From the NCBI GenBank assembly GCA_035693145.1, contig DASSHA010000069.1, positions 16,451 through 80,450 on the forward strand: DNA of 64,000 nt, given 5' to 3'. The stretch is from Candidatus Limnocylindrales bacterium. GTDB taxonomy: Bacteria; Chloroflexota; Limnocylindria; Limnocylindrales; CSP1-4. A program made the position numbers and the translations under genes. The notes under the pieces are model-generated. The model was given only the letters and a program-made list of their open reading frames with translations. It had not been told where the DNA came from and did no database searches. This document shows positions 37,379 to 45,814 of the stretch, piece after piece (positions within the stretch are counted from its first letter, which is position 1; the number at the start of each line of letters is the position of its first letter).

Positions 37379-38137
37379 ATGGCACAGACGACGATCCTCG
37401 GTCGAATCGGTCAGCTCGTTCGGGCGAACGTCAACGCCCTGCTCGATCAGGCCGAAGACCCGGACAAGATGCTCGACCAGCTTGTCCGCGACTTCACGAA
37501 CAACATCGCCGAGGCGCAGGACGCGGTGGCACAGACGATCGGCAACCTGCGTCTCGCCGAGCAGGACCAGCGCGAGGCGAAGGACGCCGCCGCCGAGTGG
37601 ATCGACAAGGCGCGAGCCGCATCGTCGCGCGCCGACCAGCTTCGCGCACAGGGCAACACCGGGGAGGCCGACCGGTTCGACGAGCTCGCGAAGATCGCGA
37701 TCCGTCGACAGCTCGGCCTCGACGACCAGGTCAAGACGTTCCAGACCCAGATCGACCAGCAGACCCAGCTGGTGAACCAGCTCAAGGACGGGCTGCTCAA
37801 GCTCCAGGCCAAGCGCGAGGAGCTGGTCCAGAAGCGCGACGAGCTCGTCAGCCGGGCGAAGATGGCGCAGGCGCGGGTCGACGTCCAGAAGGCCGTCAAG
37901 AGCGTCTCGGTCATGGACCCCACGAGCGACCTCGGCCGGTTCGAGGAGCGCATCCGACGCCAGGAGGCGCTCGCGACAGGCATGGAGGAGGTTGGCCGAA
38001 CGAACCTCGATGACGAGTTCGCCCAGCTCGAATCAGGCGAGGACGAGCTCGAGGTCGACGCTCGCCTGCGGGCGCTCAAGGCCGGCGACGGCTCGAACGC
38101 GGCGCAGCTCTCGAGCGGGGCCGCCACCCGAAGCTGA
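37379..38137 (+). CDS. pspA: PspA/IM30-family protein (phage-shock protein A-like)
   Basis: AAGGAG lies 9 nt upstream. The start MAQTTILGRIGQLVRANVNALLDQAEDPDKMLDQ is the canonical PspA N-terminus, followed by coiled coils. Confidence 0.85.
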   Translation: MAQTTILGRIGQLVRANVNALLDQAEDPDKMLDQLVRDFTNNIAEAQDAVAQTIGNLRLAEQDQREAKDAAAEWIDKARAASSRADQLRAQGNTGEADRFDELAKIAIRRQLGLDDQVKTFQTQIDQQTQLVNQLKDGLLKLQAKREELVQKRDELVSRAKMAQARVDVQKAVKSVSVMDPTSDLGRFEERIRRQEALATGMEEVGRTNLDDEFAQLESGEDELEVDARLRALKAGDGSNAAQLSSGAATRS

Positions 38138-38252
38138 GCTCGGGCGATCCGGCCGCTGATCGGCGGTCGCCGGCTCCCGGCGGCGCGCATCGGCGTGCCC
38201 GCCGCGGCGGCCGTCGGTGTTTGTCCCGCTCAGCGGTCGGTGTGACGGCTCG

Positions 38253-39704
38253 TCAGCGGCTCGCGGCGGCACGCAGACGGACCGGCGAGACGTAGTCGCC
38301 GACGAGCGTTCGCCGCCACCACGCGCCCGACGCGCGGCGTTCGTCCCGCGTGGTGAACGCGTACCGGAACATTCGCGCCCGTACGAAGACCGGCGGCGCG
38401 TCGGGGAACGGGTTCTGGCGGAGCAGTCGCAGCGTCGCCTCGTCGCCCTCGAGCAGACGCGCGAGGAAGGCCGGGAACCAGCCCTCGGCATAGGCCGGCG
38501 AGAGCGGGATGAACCACATCAGCCAGTCGAGCCGGAGGTGATACGGGGCCACCTGCGGTGGCATCCGGCGGACGTCACCGGGCTTCCCCTTGAAGTCGTA
38601 CTCGCGCCAGTCGGCGTCGTCGTGCGGATCGTCGGCGGCCGTGCCCTCGACGATGACCTCCAGGCGCTCCCGGCTGACGCTCCCGAACGCGCCGTAGGTG
38701 TTCACCAGGTGGAGCGGGTTGAAGGACGCATTCATCGCCTGGCCCGGGCTCGCCATGTTCCGGACGGGCCACCAGCTGAGGAGGGCGAGGAGGGCCGCGA
38801 CGGCGACGACCGCGAAGGTGAACCATGCGGGCGTCGGTGGGTATGCCGCGGCCGGGGCGAGCGGAACGACCAGCCCGGCGAGCCCGCGAACCGTGTCGTC
38901 GCCGATGCCTGCGACGATCGCCACGATCGTCGCCCAGTTCAGCCAGGCGTAGTTGCCGGTGACCACGAGGTACAGCTGCGTCACGATCATGAGCGCGGCG
39001 GCGATGCTCGCCAGCGGTTGCGGCAGGAACAGCCCGAACGGCAGGACGAGCTGGGCGACGAAATTGCCGATCGTCTCGAGGCGATGGAACCAGGCCGGCG
39101 CGCGGTGGGCGTACCAGCTGACCGGGTTGGGCATGGGCTGGGTCTCGTGGTGGTACCGCATGCAGGTCAGGTCGCGCCAGCACGGGTCGCCGCGAAGCTT
39201 GATCAACCCGGCACCGAACTCGATCCGGAAGGCGAGCCAGCGGAACGCGACGATGACGAGCCACTGAGGCGCGACGGCGTCGTTCCCGAGGAACGCGGCG
39301 AGGAAGCCCGCCTCGAGGAGCAGGGTCTCCCAGCCGAACCCGTAGAACGTGCCGCCGACGTTCACGATCGACTGGTAGAGCGCCCAGACGACCAGCCAGA
39401 CGAGCATCGTGACCGGCAGCGGCGCCTGCTCGGGGATGCCGACGACGAGCGCCAGCGAGAGCAGTGCCCCGACCCAGGCGACGATGCGGAGCCGCCCGTC
39501 CGAATATCCGAGGTGGAACACGCTCGGCGCCCGTCGGAAGGGGACGACGGCGAGCAGCCGTCGCGCGGGCTGGAGGCCGCGCTCGCCGCAGAGGGCCGGG
39601 AACTGGCGGGCAGCGACGACGAACGCGACGACGTAGATCAGCGCGAGCCCGCGAGCGATCAGGAAGCGGGCGATCGAATAGTCGGGTGCCGAGAGGTCCG
39701 GCAT
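38253..39704 (-). CDS. Lipase maturation factor (LMF1-like) family membrane protein
   Basis: It is polytopic, with GFGWETLLLEAGFLAAF and WYAHRAPAWFHRL typical of LMF-family proteins. I chose the start at ATG 39704. Confidence 0.7.
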   Translation of the reverse strand: MPDLSAPDYSIARFLIARGLALIYVVAFVVAARQFPALCGERGLQPARRLLAVVPFRRAPSVFHLGYSDGRLRIVAWVGALLSLALVVGIPEQAPLPVTMLVWLVVWALYQSIVNVGGTFYGFGWETLLLEAGFLAAFLGNDAVAPQWLVIVAFRWLAFRIEFGAGLIKLRGDPCWRDLTCMRYHHETQPMPNPVSWYAHRAPAWFHRLETIGNFVAQLVLPFGLFLPQPLASIAAALMIVTQLYLVVTGNYAWLNWATIVAIVAGIGDDTVRGLAGLVVPLAPAAAYPPTPAWFTFAVVAVAALLALLSWWPVRNMASPGQAMNASFNPLHLVNTYGAFGSVSRERLEVIVEGTAADDPHDDADWREYDFKGKPGDVRRMPPQVAPYHLRLDWLMWFIPLSPAYAEGWFPAFLARLLEGDEATLRLLRQNPFPDAPPVFVRARMFRYAFTTRDERRASGAWWRRTLVGDYVSPVRLRAAASR

Positions 39705-39813
39705 GACGTCCTGAATCCTGGGCGATGGACGCTCGCCCGCGCATCGTTCCGCGGCCGATGCTGGATGACAGATGCCTGACGCAGGGGAGGTTCGGCCAGC
39801 CCTCGCCGGACTG

Positions 39814-41058
39814 TCAGTCTGGCCGGCCCCGACGGTGCGCCAGGCCGTCGCCCGCGAGCGCCCGACGGCTGACGGGCACGAACAGGCCGCCGCCGATGAG
39901 CTGGGCAAGCACGACGAGGATGAGGAGGAGCCCGGGTACCGACAGTGCGAACGCCGGGACGAGCCACTGGAAGGCCCCGATCGTCAGCGACAGGCCGCCG
40001 ACCGCGATCGGCCCGCCATCCGTTGCCGAGGGCACGCTCAGCGGACGACCGCCGGATCCGGTCGGGGCCGACGGACCCGATCCCCCGGTGCCTCCGGCGG
40101 CCCCACTCCCACCGTTCGTCGGTGTCGGGCTCGGGGACGCCGGGGGGCTCGAAGCGGTCGCCGGTGATGACGTGGGTGCCGGCGAGACCGTCGAGCTCGC
40201 CACGGGCGTGGCGGTCGGCGTCCGGCTCGGGACGGGCGTCGGCAACGGCAAGGTCGGCAACGGCAAGGTCGGCAAGGGCAACGTCGGCAGGGGCAAGGTC
40301 GGCAACGGCCCCGTCGGCATCGGGAGCGTGGCGATCGGCGTTGGCGTGGGACGCAGGGTCGGCGACGGTGTCGGCGCCGGAGTGGCCGTCGCCGCGGGTG
40401 CACCGACGCTGATCGAGACCGTCGCGGTCGACGACGACGCGATGCCGTCGGAGACGCGGTAGCTGAACGTCCGCACGCCCACGAACGAGCCGCCCGACGT
40501 GAAGGAGAAGCTCCCGTCGGCGTTGACGTCCAACGACCCGCTGCCGCCGCCGCTGACGAGCGTCGCCGTCAGTCCATCGCCGTCGGCGTCGGTGTCGTTC
40601 GCGAGGATCCCGGGCGCGTTGACGGACAGCGTGCGGCCGGTCCCCGCGGTATACGAATCGGCCACGGCCACCGGCGCGGCGTTCGTCACGCTGATCGACA
40701 CCGTCGTCGTGTTGGAGGCCAGCAGCCCGCCGCTGACCCGATAGGTGAACGAATCGTCGCCGACGAAGCGCGCGTTCGGCGAGTAGGTGAAGCCGCCGTT
40801 CGTGGCCAGGCTCAGCGAACCATGCCCCGTCGGGGTGACGACGACGGCGCCCGGTGCCCCGAGCAGGCTCAGGTCGAGGTCGTTTGCGAGGACGCCCTTC
40901 GCGGCCACGACGAGCACGCGATCGTGGCGTGCGGAATACGCATCGGGCTTCGCGACCGCGACGATGCCGAGCGCCCGCGTCGGGGCGACGGTCCCGACGC
41001 TGAGGAACGCTGCCACGCTCAGCGCCGCGATGAACGGCCCGGGCCACCGGCGACGCAT
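39814..41058 (-). CDS. Cell-surface protein with cadherin-like/Ig-like repeats, Pro/Thr-rich PTLPL-repeat stalk and C-terminal TM anchor
   Basis: A signal peptide is followed by two repeats with a GVLANDLD/GILANDTDADGDGL signature. The stalk has (PTLPL)x5, and there is a C-terminal hydrophobic anchor. Its ATG overlaps the stop of the upstream GGDEF gene (TGATG). Confidence 0.65.
   Translation of the reverse strand: MRRRWPGPFIAALSVAAFLSVGTVAPTRALGIVAVAKPDAYSARHDRVLVVAAKGVLANDLDLSLLGAPGAVVVTPTGHGSLSLATNGGFTYSPNARFVGDDSFTYRVSGGLLASNTTTVSISVTNAAPVAVADSYTAGTGRTLSVNAPGILANDTDADGDGLTATLVSGGGSGSLDVNADGSFSFTSGGSFVGVRTFSYRVSDGIASSSTATVSISVGAPAATATPAPTPSPTLRPTPTPIATLPMPTGPLPTLPLPTLPLPTLPLPTLPLPTPVPSRTPTATPVASSTVSPAPTSSPATASSPPASPSPTPTNGGSGAAGGTGGSGPSAPTGSGGRPLSVPSATDGGPIAVGGLSLTIGAFQWLVPAFALSVPGLLLILVVLAQLIGGGLFVPVSRRALAGDGLAHRRGRPD
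40238..40327. repeat. 15-nt x6 tandem repeat (GTCGGCAACGGCAAG-like) encoding the PTLPL stalk repeats
   Basis: Direct read: gtcggcaacggcaag, gtcggcaacggcaag, gtcggcaagggcaac, gtcggcaggggcaag, gtcggcaacggcccc, gtcggcatcgggagc. Confidence 0.7.
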
Positions 41059-43043
41059 CACGCGACCCGCAGGTCCGGGGTCCACAGCCGGGCCTCGGGC
41101 TGCTCGCCGGGGAGTGGCGGATTCTCGTCGCTCCTGATCCCGTCGACGAACGAGAGCGCGAGCGCCTCGTCGAGCTGGCTGCCGGCCGCGTCCTCGAGCC
41201 GGCGAAGCGCCACGTCGATCGAGAGGGCCTTGCGATAGGGGCGTGTCGTCGTCATCGCCGAGAACGCGTCGGCGACGGCGAGGATCCGCGCGACGAGCGG
41301 GATCTGCTCGCCGGCGAGGCGATCGAGGTAGCCGTCGCCGTCCCAGCGCTCGTGGTGATGGCGGATCCCGGCCCGGATCAGGTCGATGTTCGGCAGGTCG
41401 CGGACGATCGCGTCGCCCAGCGCGACGTGCTGCTTGACGATGTCGTACTCGGCGTCGGTCAGCTTGCCCGGCTTGCGAAGCAGGCCGTCCGGGATCCCGA
41501 TCTTGCCGATGTCGTGGAGCAGGCCTGCGCTGTGGATGGCGCGTCGCGCATCGGCATCGAGACCCAATCGTCCGGCGAGGAAGTCGGCATACCGGGCGAC
41601 GTCCTCCGAGTGGCGTCGCGTGTACCGGTCCTTCGTGTCGACGGCGATGATGAGGCCCTGCAGGACGTCGAATGTCTGCGCGTGGGCCGAGACGGCGGGC
41701 CGAGCTTCGGCGACCAGGATCGAGTCACCGCCGCTCGCCTTGGCGGCGTCGAGCGTGACGGCCGCGATCGCGAGGAGCGTCGTCACCGACTCGCCGTTCG
41801 TCGGGAAGCTGCAGATGCCGGCGCTGACCGTGACCGGCAGCCGCTCCGACGCGCCGAAGGTGAGCTCGAGATCGGCGAGGCTCGTCCGAAGGCCTTCGAG
41901 AGCCGGTTCGAGAGCGCTCGCCGCCGCGGCAGCAGCAACGATCATGAACTCGTCCGGTCCATAGCGCGCGGCGGTCGCGCCGTCGGGCAGCCGGGCGGTC
42001 AGGAGCCGCTCGACCTCGAGCAACGCCGAGTCTCCCGCAGCGTGGCCGTACGTGTCGTTCAGCAGCCCGAAGTTGTCGAGGTCGACGATGGCGACAGCGA
42101 CGCCTCCGGTGCCGTCGGCCCCGTCTCGGGCGCGTTCGAGCGCCAGCGCGAGCACTTCGACGCCTGCGCCATGGTTGAGAAGGCCTGTCAGCGGATCGCG
42201 CCTGGTCGACTCGAGCAGCTGGACCGTCTGCCGGGTGAGCCGACCCTGTGCGGTCCGGAAGATGAGGTAGAGCAGGATTCCGGTGACCAGCGCGGCCGAC
42301 AGCGTGATGAGGACGACGTGGAGACGGCTCTCGTCGAGCGTCGCGAAGATCGGCGCGGCATCGCGCCAGACGGCGACGACGGCATAGACCGTGCCATCCG
42401 CGATGATCGGGAAGTACTCGCGAAGGATCTCGCCGGTCGTGGACGGCCCGAGCGGTCCGGTTTCACCGACGCCGTCGATCGACGCGTCGACGCTGCGGGC
42501 CGCGACGGCTCGCTCGAAACCGGAGTCAGGCCCGATGGCTCGCCCGACGAGGCCGCCGTCGCTCGCCGCGAGCACGACGCCGGTCGGGCCCAGGATCGCC
42601 GCCCGGAGGATCTGACCCTGGTCGGTGATGAGCAGCAGCTGCCGGTCGAGGGCCGCCTCCCGATCGGCAGGCAGGACCGTTGAGCCGACATCGGTGCGCT
42701 GAAGGTGCAGGTTGACGAGGCTCCGCACGATCGTCGCGTCGGCCTCGACGCGCGCGCTCAGGTAGTTCGTCGAGCCGTCGAGGGTGACGAGCACGGCCTG
42801 GCCGGTCGCGGTCGCCCCGACGACCGCCAGGAACGCGCCGAACACGAGAAGCAGGAGCAGCGGCCGCACACGCCGGTCGGTCGTTCGCGCGCGCGAGATC
42901 CCAGTGGCCCTCCGAACCCGATCGTCAGATCCCCCGACGATCGCCCTCCATTCGCGGGAACGACATGGGAGAGAGGTACCGGATCGGGTCTCGCGCCGCA
43001 CGAGGCGGTGCCGAGCGGCACCGCGAGCGTCGCCGAACAGCAA
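41058..43043 (-). CDS. Membrane sensor protein with periplasmic domain, degenerate GGDEF domain (RYGPDEF) and HD-GYP-type domain (HHERWDGDGYL)
   Basis: Two TM helices flank a roughly 190-aa periplasmic domain. The GGDEF I-site is RLPD and the A-site reads GPDEF. In the HD-GYP domain, HD and GKIGIP are intact but GYP is replaced by GYL. Confidence 0.8.
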   Translation of the reverse strand: MLFGDARGAARHRLVRRETRSGTSLPCRSREWRAIVGGSDDRVRRATGISRARTTDRRVRPLLLLLVFGAFLAVVGATATGQAVLVTLDGSTNYLSARVEADATIVRSLVNLHLQRTDVGSTVLPADREAALDRQLLLITDQGQILRAAILGPTGVVLAASDGGLVGRAIGPDSGFERAVAARSVDASIDGVGETGPLGPSTTGEILREYFPIIADGTVYAVVAVWRDAAPIFATLDESRLHVVLITLSAALVTGILLYLIFRTAQGRLTRQTVQLLESTRRDPLTGLLNHGAGVEVLALALERARDGADGTGGVAVAIVDLDNFGLLNDTYGHAAGDSALLEVERLLTARLPDGATAARYGPDEFMIVAAAAAASALEPALEGLRTSLADLELTFGASERLPVTVSAGICSFPTNGESVTTLLAIAAVTLDAAKASGGDSILVAEARPAVSAHAQTFDVLQGLIIAVDTKDRYTRRHSEDVARYADFLAGRLGLDADARRAIHSAGLLHDIGKIGIPDGLLRKPGKLTDAEYDIVKQHVALGDAIVRDLPNIDLIRAGIRHHHERWDGDGYLDRLAGEQIPLVARILAVADAFSAMTTTRPYRKALSIDVALRRLEDAAGSQLDEALALSFVDGIRSDENPPLPGEQPEARLWTPDLRVA

Positions 43044-43094
43044 GAGACCGGCAGGTCGCCCCTGCCGGTCTCCCGGATGTTCAGCGCTCGTCGG

Positions 43095-44703
43095 TCAGGC
43101 GGCGAACTCTCGCAGCTTCCGGCTCCGCGACGGGTGACGGAGCTTTCGCAGCGCTCTCGACTCGATCTGACGGATGCGCTCCCGGGTGAGCCCGAATTCC
43201 CGGCCGACCTCTTCGAGCGTCCGGGCATGCCCGTCGTCGAGGCCGAACCGGAGTCGGATGACGCGCTGCTCCCGGCCATCGAGGCTCGAGAGGACATGCT
43301 CGAGCTGCTCGCGGAGCATGACGTCGGTCACCGCATCAAGCGGCGAGATGGCGTCCCGATCCTCGATCAGCTCACCGAGCTCCGTGTCCTGCTCCTCGCC
43401 GACGGGCGATCCGAGCGAGATCGGGTCCCGGCCGAGCTTCCGGATCTCCTCGACCCGCTCCGCGGTCATCGCGGTTCGAGGATCCTCGGACAGGACCGTC
43501 GCGACCTCCTCGGGCGTCGGCTCCCGACCGAGCGAGCTCGTGAGGTCACGCGTGACGCGCGCGACGCGGTTCATGGTCTCGACCATGTGGACCGGGATCC
43601 GGATCGTCCGGGACTGGTCGGCGAGGCCGCGCTGGATCGCCTGACGGATCCACCACGTCGCGTACGTCGAGAACTTGAAGCCGCGCTCGTACTCGAACTT
43701 GTCGACCGCCCGCATGAGCCCGGCGTTGCCCTCCTGGACGAGGTCGAGGAGGCCCATCCCGTGGTTCATGTACTTCTTCGCGACGGAGACGACGAGTCGC
43801 AGGTTGGCCGAGGTCAGGTGGTCACGCGAGCGCTTTCCAAGCTCCACGAGGACGCCGTCGTTCGGTCCGTCGGTGCCCGGCCGGTATCCCATCCCGGCGA
43901 GGACGTCGGCGTCGTTGCCCGCCTCGATCCAGCGCTGGACGGCGGGCAGCGCGACGACGTCACGCGCCCAGTCGTACATGGCTCGAAGCGCGGCCTCCTC
44001 GTTCACTCCCGGCTGCCGGCGCCCGAGTGCGCCGTGGATCCAGTCGATGAGCTCGAGGAAGGCATCGGAATCGAGCCGCTCGTTGTACACGGCGCGAAGC
44101 GACCGGGCACGCTCGAGCGTCTCCCGCGCGGCATCGGTCTCCGCCGCCTTCGCGGCGTCGGCGAGCCCGAACTTCGGAGCGGTGACGAGCAGATCGCCGG
44201 CGCTGTCGTCCGCGAGCGCTGCACGAACCATCCGCTGCGCCTCAGCCGCGAACGGCAGCGCGTACTTCGGGTTCTTGGCTCGCGTCTTGGCCTCCGTGTC
44301 GTGGAGGGTCCACTCGTGGAGGTTGAGGACGGCCTTCCAGGGCTCGGACTGGATCGCCAGGCCGAGCTCCATGCCCTTCGCGAGGACGACCTCCTCCTCC
44401 GCGGTGAGGAGCGGGACACGCGCGATCTCCCGGAGGTACATCCGAACCGAATCGTCGGTGTCGGCCTCCGGCTCGGGCTCAGGCTCGTCGTCTTCCTCGG
44501 CCACGACCGCACGGGCCGGAGCGGACGGCGGGGTCGCCCCGTCGCCCACCTCGTCACCCGTTCGGGCGCTGGGCACGACTCCGGCCGCGACGGCCGGCTC
44601 GTCGGCGAGGGTTTCGAGGTCCGTCTCCTCCTCGACCGACTCCAGGTCGGCCGCGGTGGGATCCTCGGTCACGTCAAGCGGATTGTCGAACAGCTGAATC
44701 AAA
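43095..44703 (-). CDS. rpoD: RNA polymerase sigma-70 family primary-type sigma factor (RpoD-like) with acidic N-terminus and a roughly 200-aa non-conserved insertion between regions 1.2 and 2
   Basis: Region 1.2 is [21 protein letters not shown]. Regions 2 to 4 are [56 protein letters not shown] ... and [35 protein letters not shown]. The start is TTG 44703, 7 nt after GGAG. Confidence 0.85.
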
Positions 44704-44807
44704 CGTCGCTCCGAATGTGCCGGCCGAGCCGCGCCGCTCGGCGGAGAGCCATGAAGAAAAGCACGCTGCGAGCCGGGTCCCGCGCCGAACCCCGACACAC
44801 GTAAGGG

Positions 44808-44826
44808 CGTGTCAAGTCTTGACACG
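44808..44826. promoter_or_regulatory. Perfect 9-1-9 palindrome CGTGTCAAG-T-CTTGACACG containing TTGACA on both strands, in the rpoD/chaB divergent promoter region
   Basis: Direct read. A second TTGACA-N-TGTCAA inverted pair lies about 40 nt downstream (cttgacaacccctctgtcaa). Confidence 0.35.
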
Positions 44827-45004
44827 CCGGCTCTCGATATCCTAGCCGATTCGGGCCCTCTTGACAACCCCTCTGTCAATACTCCTGGTGAGTATTTTTC
44901 GCGATCAGATCGAGCCCGGGCAGTGGCAGCGAGGTGTCCCGATTGCAATCCCGCGGCAGCCATGATGATTTCGGCGCGAGCCGCCCGGGCGCATGTTGCA
45001 CCTG

Positions 45005-45205
45005 ATGCCGTACGACGAGATCTCGGACCTTCCGCAGAGCCAGGTGGACCAGTACAGCCGCCGCCAGGAGGAAGCGTTTCGAAAGGCCTTCAACAGCGCG
45101 TTCGACGAGTACGGGGGTGACGAAAGCCGGGCGTTCGCGGTCGCGCATGCGGCCGCCAAGCGAACGCCGCGCGAAGACCCGGATACGGCCCGAAAGAGCG
45201 ATTGA
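45005..45205 (+). CDS. chaB: ChaB-family protein
   Basis: [13 protein letters not shown] ... [16 protein letters not shown] matches E. coli ChaB (MPYKTKSDLP ... YKEAFNSAWDQY). An alternative upstream ATG lies at 44993. Confidence 0.6.
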   Translation: MPYDEISDLPQSQVDQYSRRQEEAFRKAFNSAFDEYGGDESRAFAVAHAAAKRTPREDPDTARKSD

Positions 45206-45226
45206 TCGCGGCGCGATGCTGTCGGA

Positions 45227-45553
45227 ATGGAGGCGAAGCCGCCGACGCTTGCCACTCCGTCATCCGGCGCGTTTCACTTCGGGCCGGGGCACCTGATCCT
45301 GCACGGAAACGCGCCGTTCCTCGAGGCGTTCGGACCCTCGTGCGTCGGTCAGCCGGCGCGCGAGGCGCTCGTGGACCTTCGGAGTGCGGCATTCGACCTC
45401 ATGGACGAGGTCTACCGGACCGGTCGTCCACTCGCCCGGCGCGTCCGGACGCGCCTCGGGGAGCGCCGGCTGGTGGTGGCGCCGCGTCGCGACCCGGAGA
45501 CGGGTGAGACCTACGGCGTGACGTCGCATCTCGCGCTCCCGCGCCGCGGCTGA
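45227..45553 (+). CDS. Small PAS-like domain protein, hypothetical
   Basis: The block LILHGNAPFLEAFGPSCVGQPAREAL ... TGRPLARRVRTRLGERRLVVAPRRDPETGETYGVTSH resembles a PAS fold. Confidence 0.4.
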   Translation: MEAKPPTLATPSSGAFHFGPGHLILHGNAPFLEAFGPSCVGQPAREALVDLRSAAFDLMDEVYRTGRPLARRVRTRLGERRLVVAPRRDPETGETYGVTSHLALPRRG

Positions 45554-45596
45554 CCGCGTGAGCTAGCGGACGCTGGCCCCGCCGAGCGCGCTGGCG

Positions 45597-45793
45597 CTCA
45601 CCAGGTGAGTGGATCGGCGCCCCGAGAACCGGGCGACTCTCTGCAACCATGTTTCGTCTCACGGGCTGAGCGGATCGCCGGGACAACCGCGCCATAGCGG
45701 CGCGGCAACCACGTTTCGGCTCACAGGCTGAGCAGATCGCCCGAGTCGGCGGCGAGGCATCAGGCCGGCCGACGGTGGTGAGCGGATCGACCG
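45597..45793. repeat. Intergenic tandem array of about 60-nt related repeats (core GTGAGYGGATCG; two full copies CAACCAYGTTTCGKCTCACRGGCTGAGCRGATCGCC)
   Basis: Copies lie at about 45644..45679 and 45706..45742 (period 62). Partial copies lie at 45597..45622 and 45774..45793. A hairpin CCGCGCC-ATAGC-GGCGCGG sits between the full copies. The array lies between convergent genes. Confidence 0.5.
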
Positions 45794-45814
45794 AATCGGC
45801 GGTCGAAGCTTCGG

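Noticed and set aside
45597-45793. Possible CRISPR array
   Set aside because: The repeats are imperfect and about 36 nt long, with about 26-nt non-unique intervening sequence containing a hairpin. There are only 2 full copies and no cas genes. The feature is better described as an extragenic tandem repeat.
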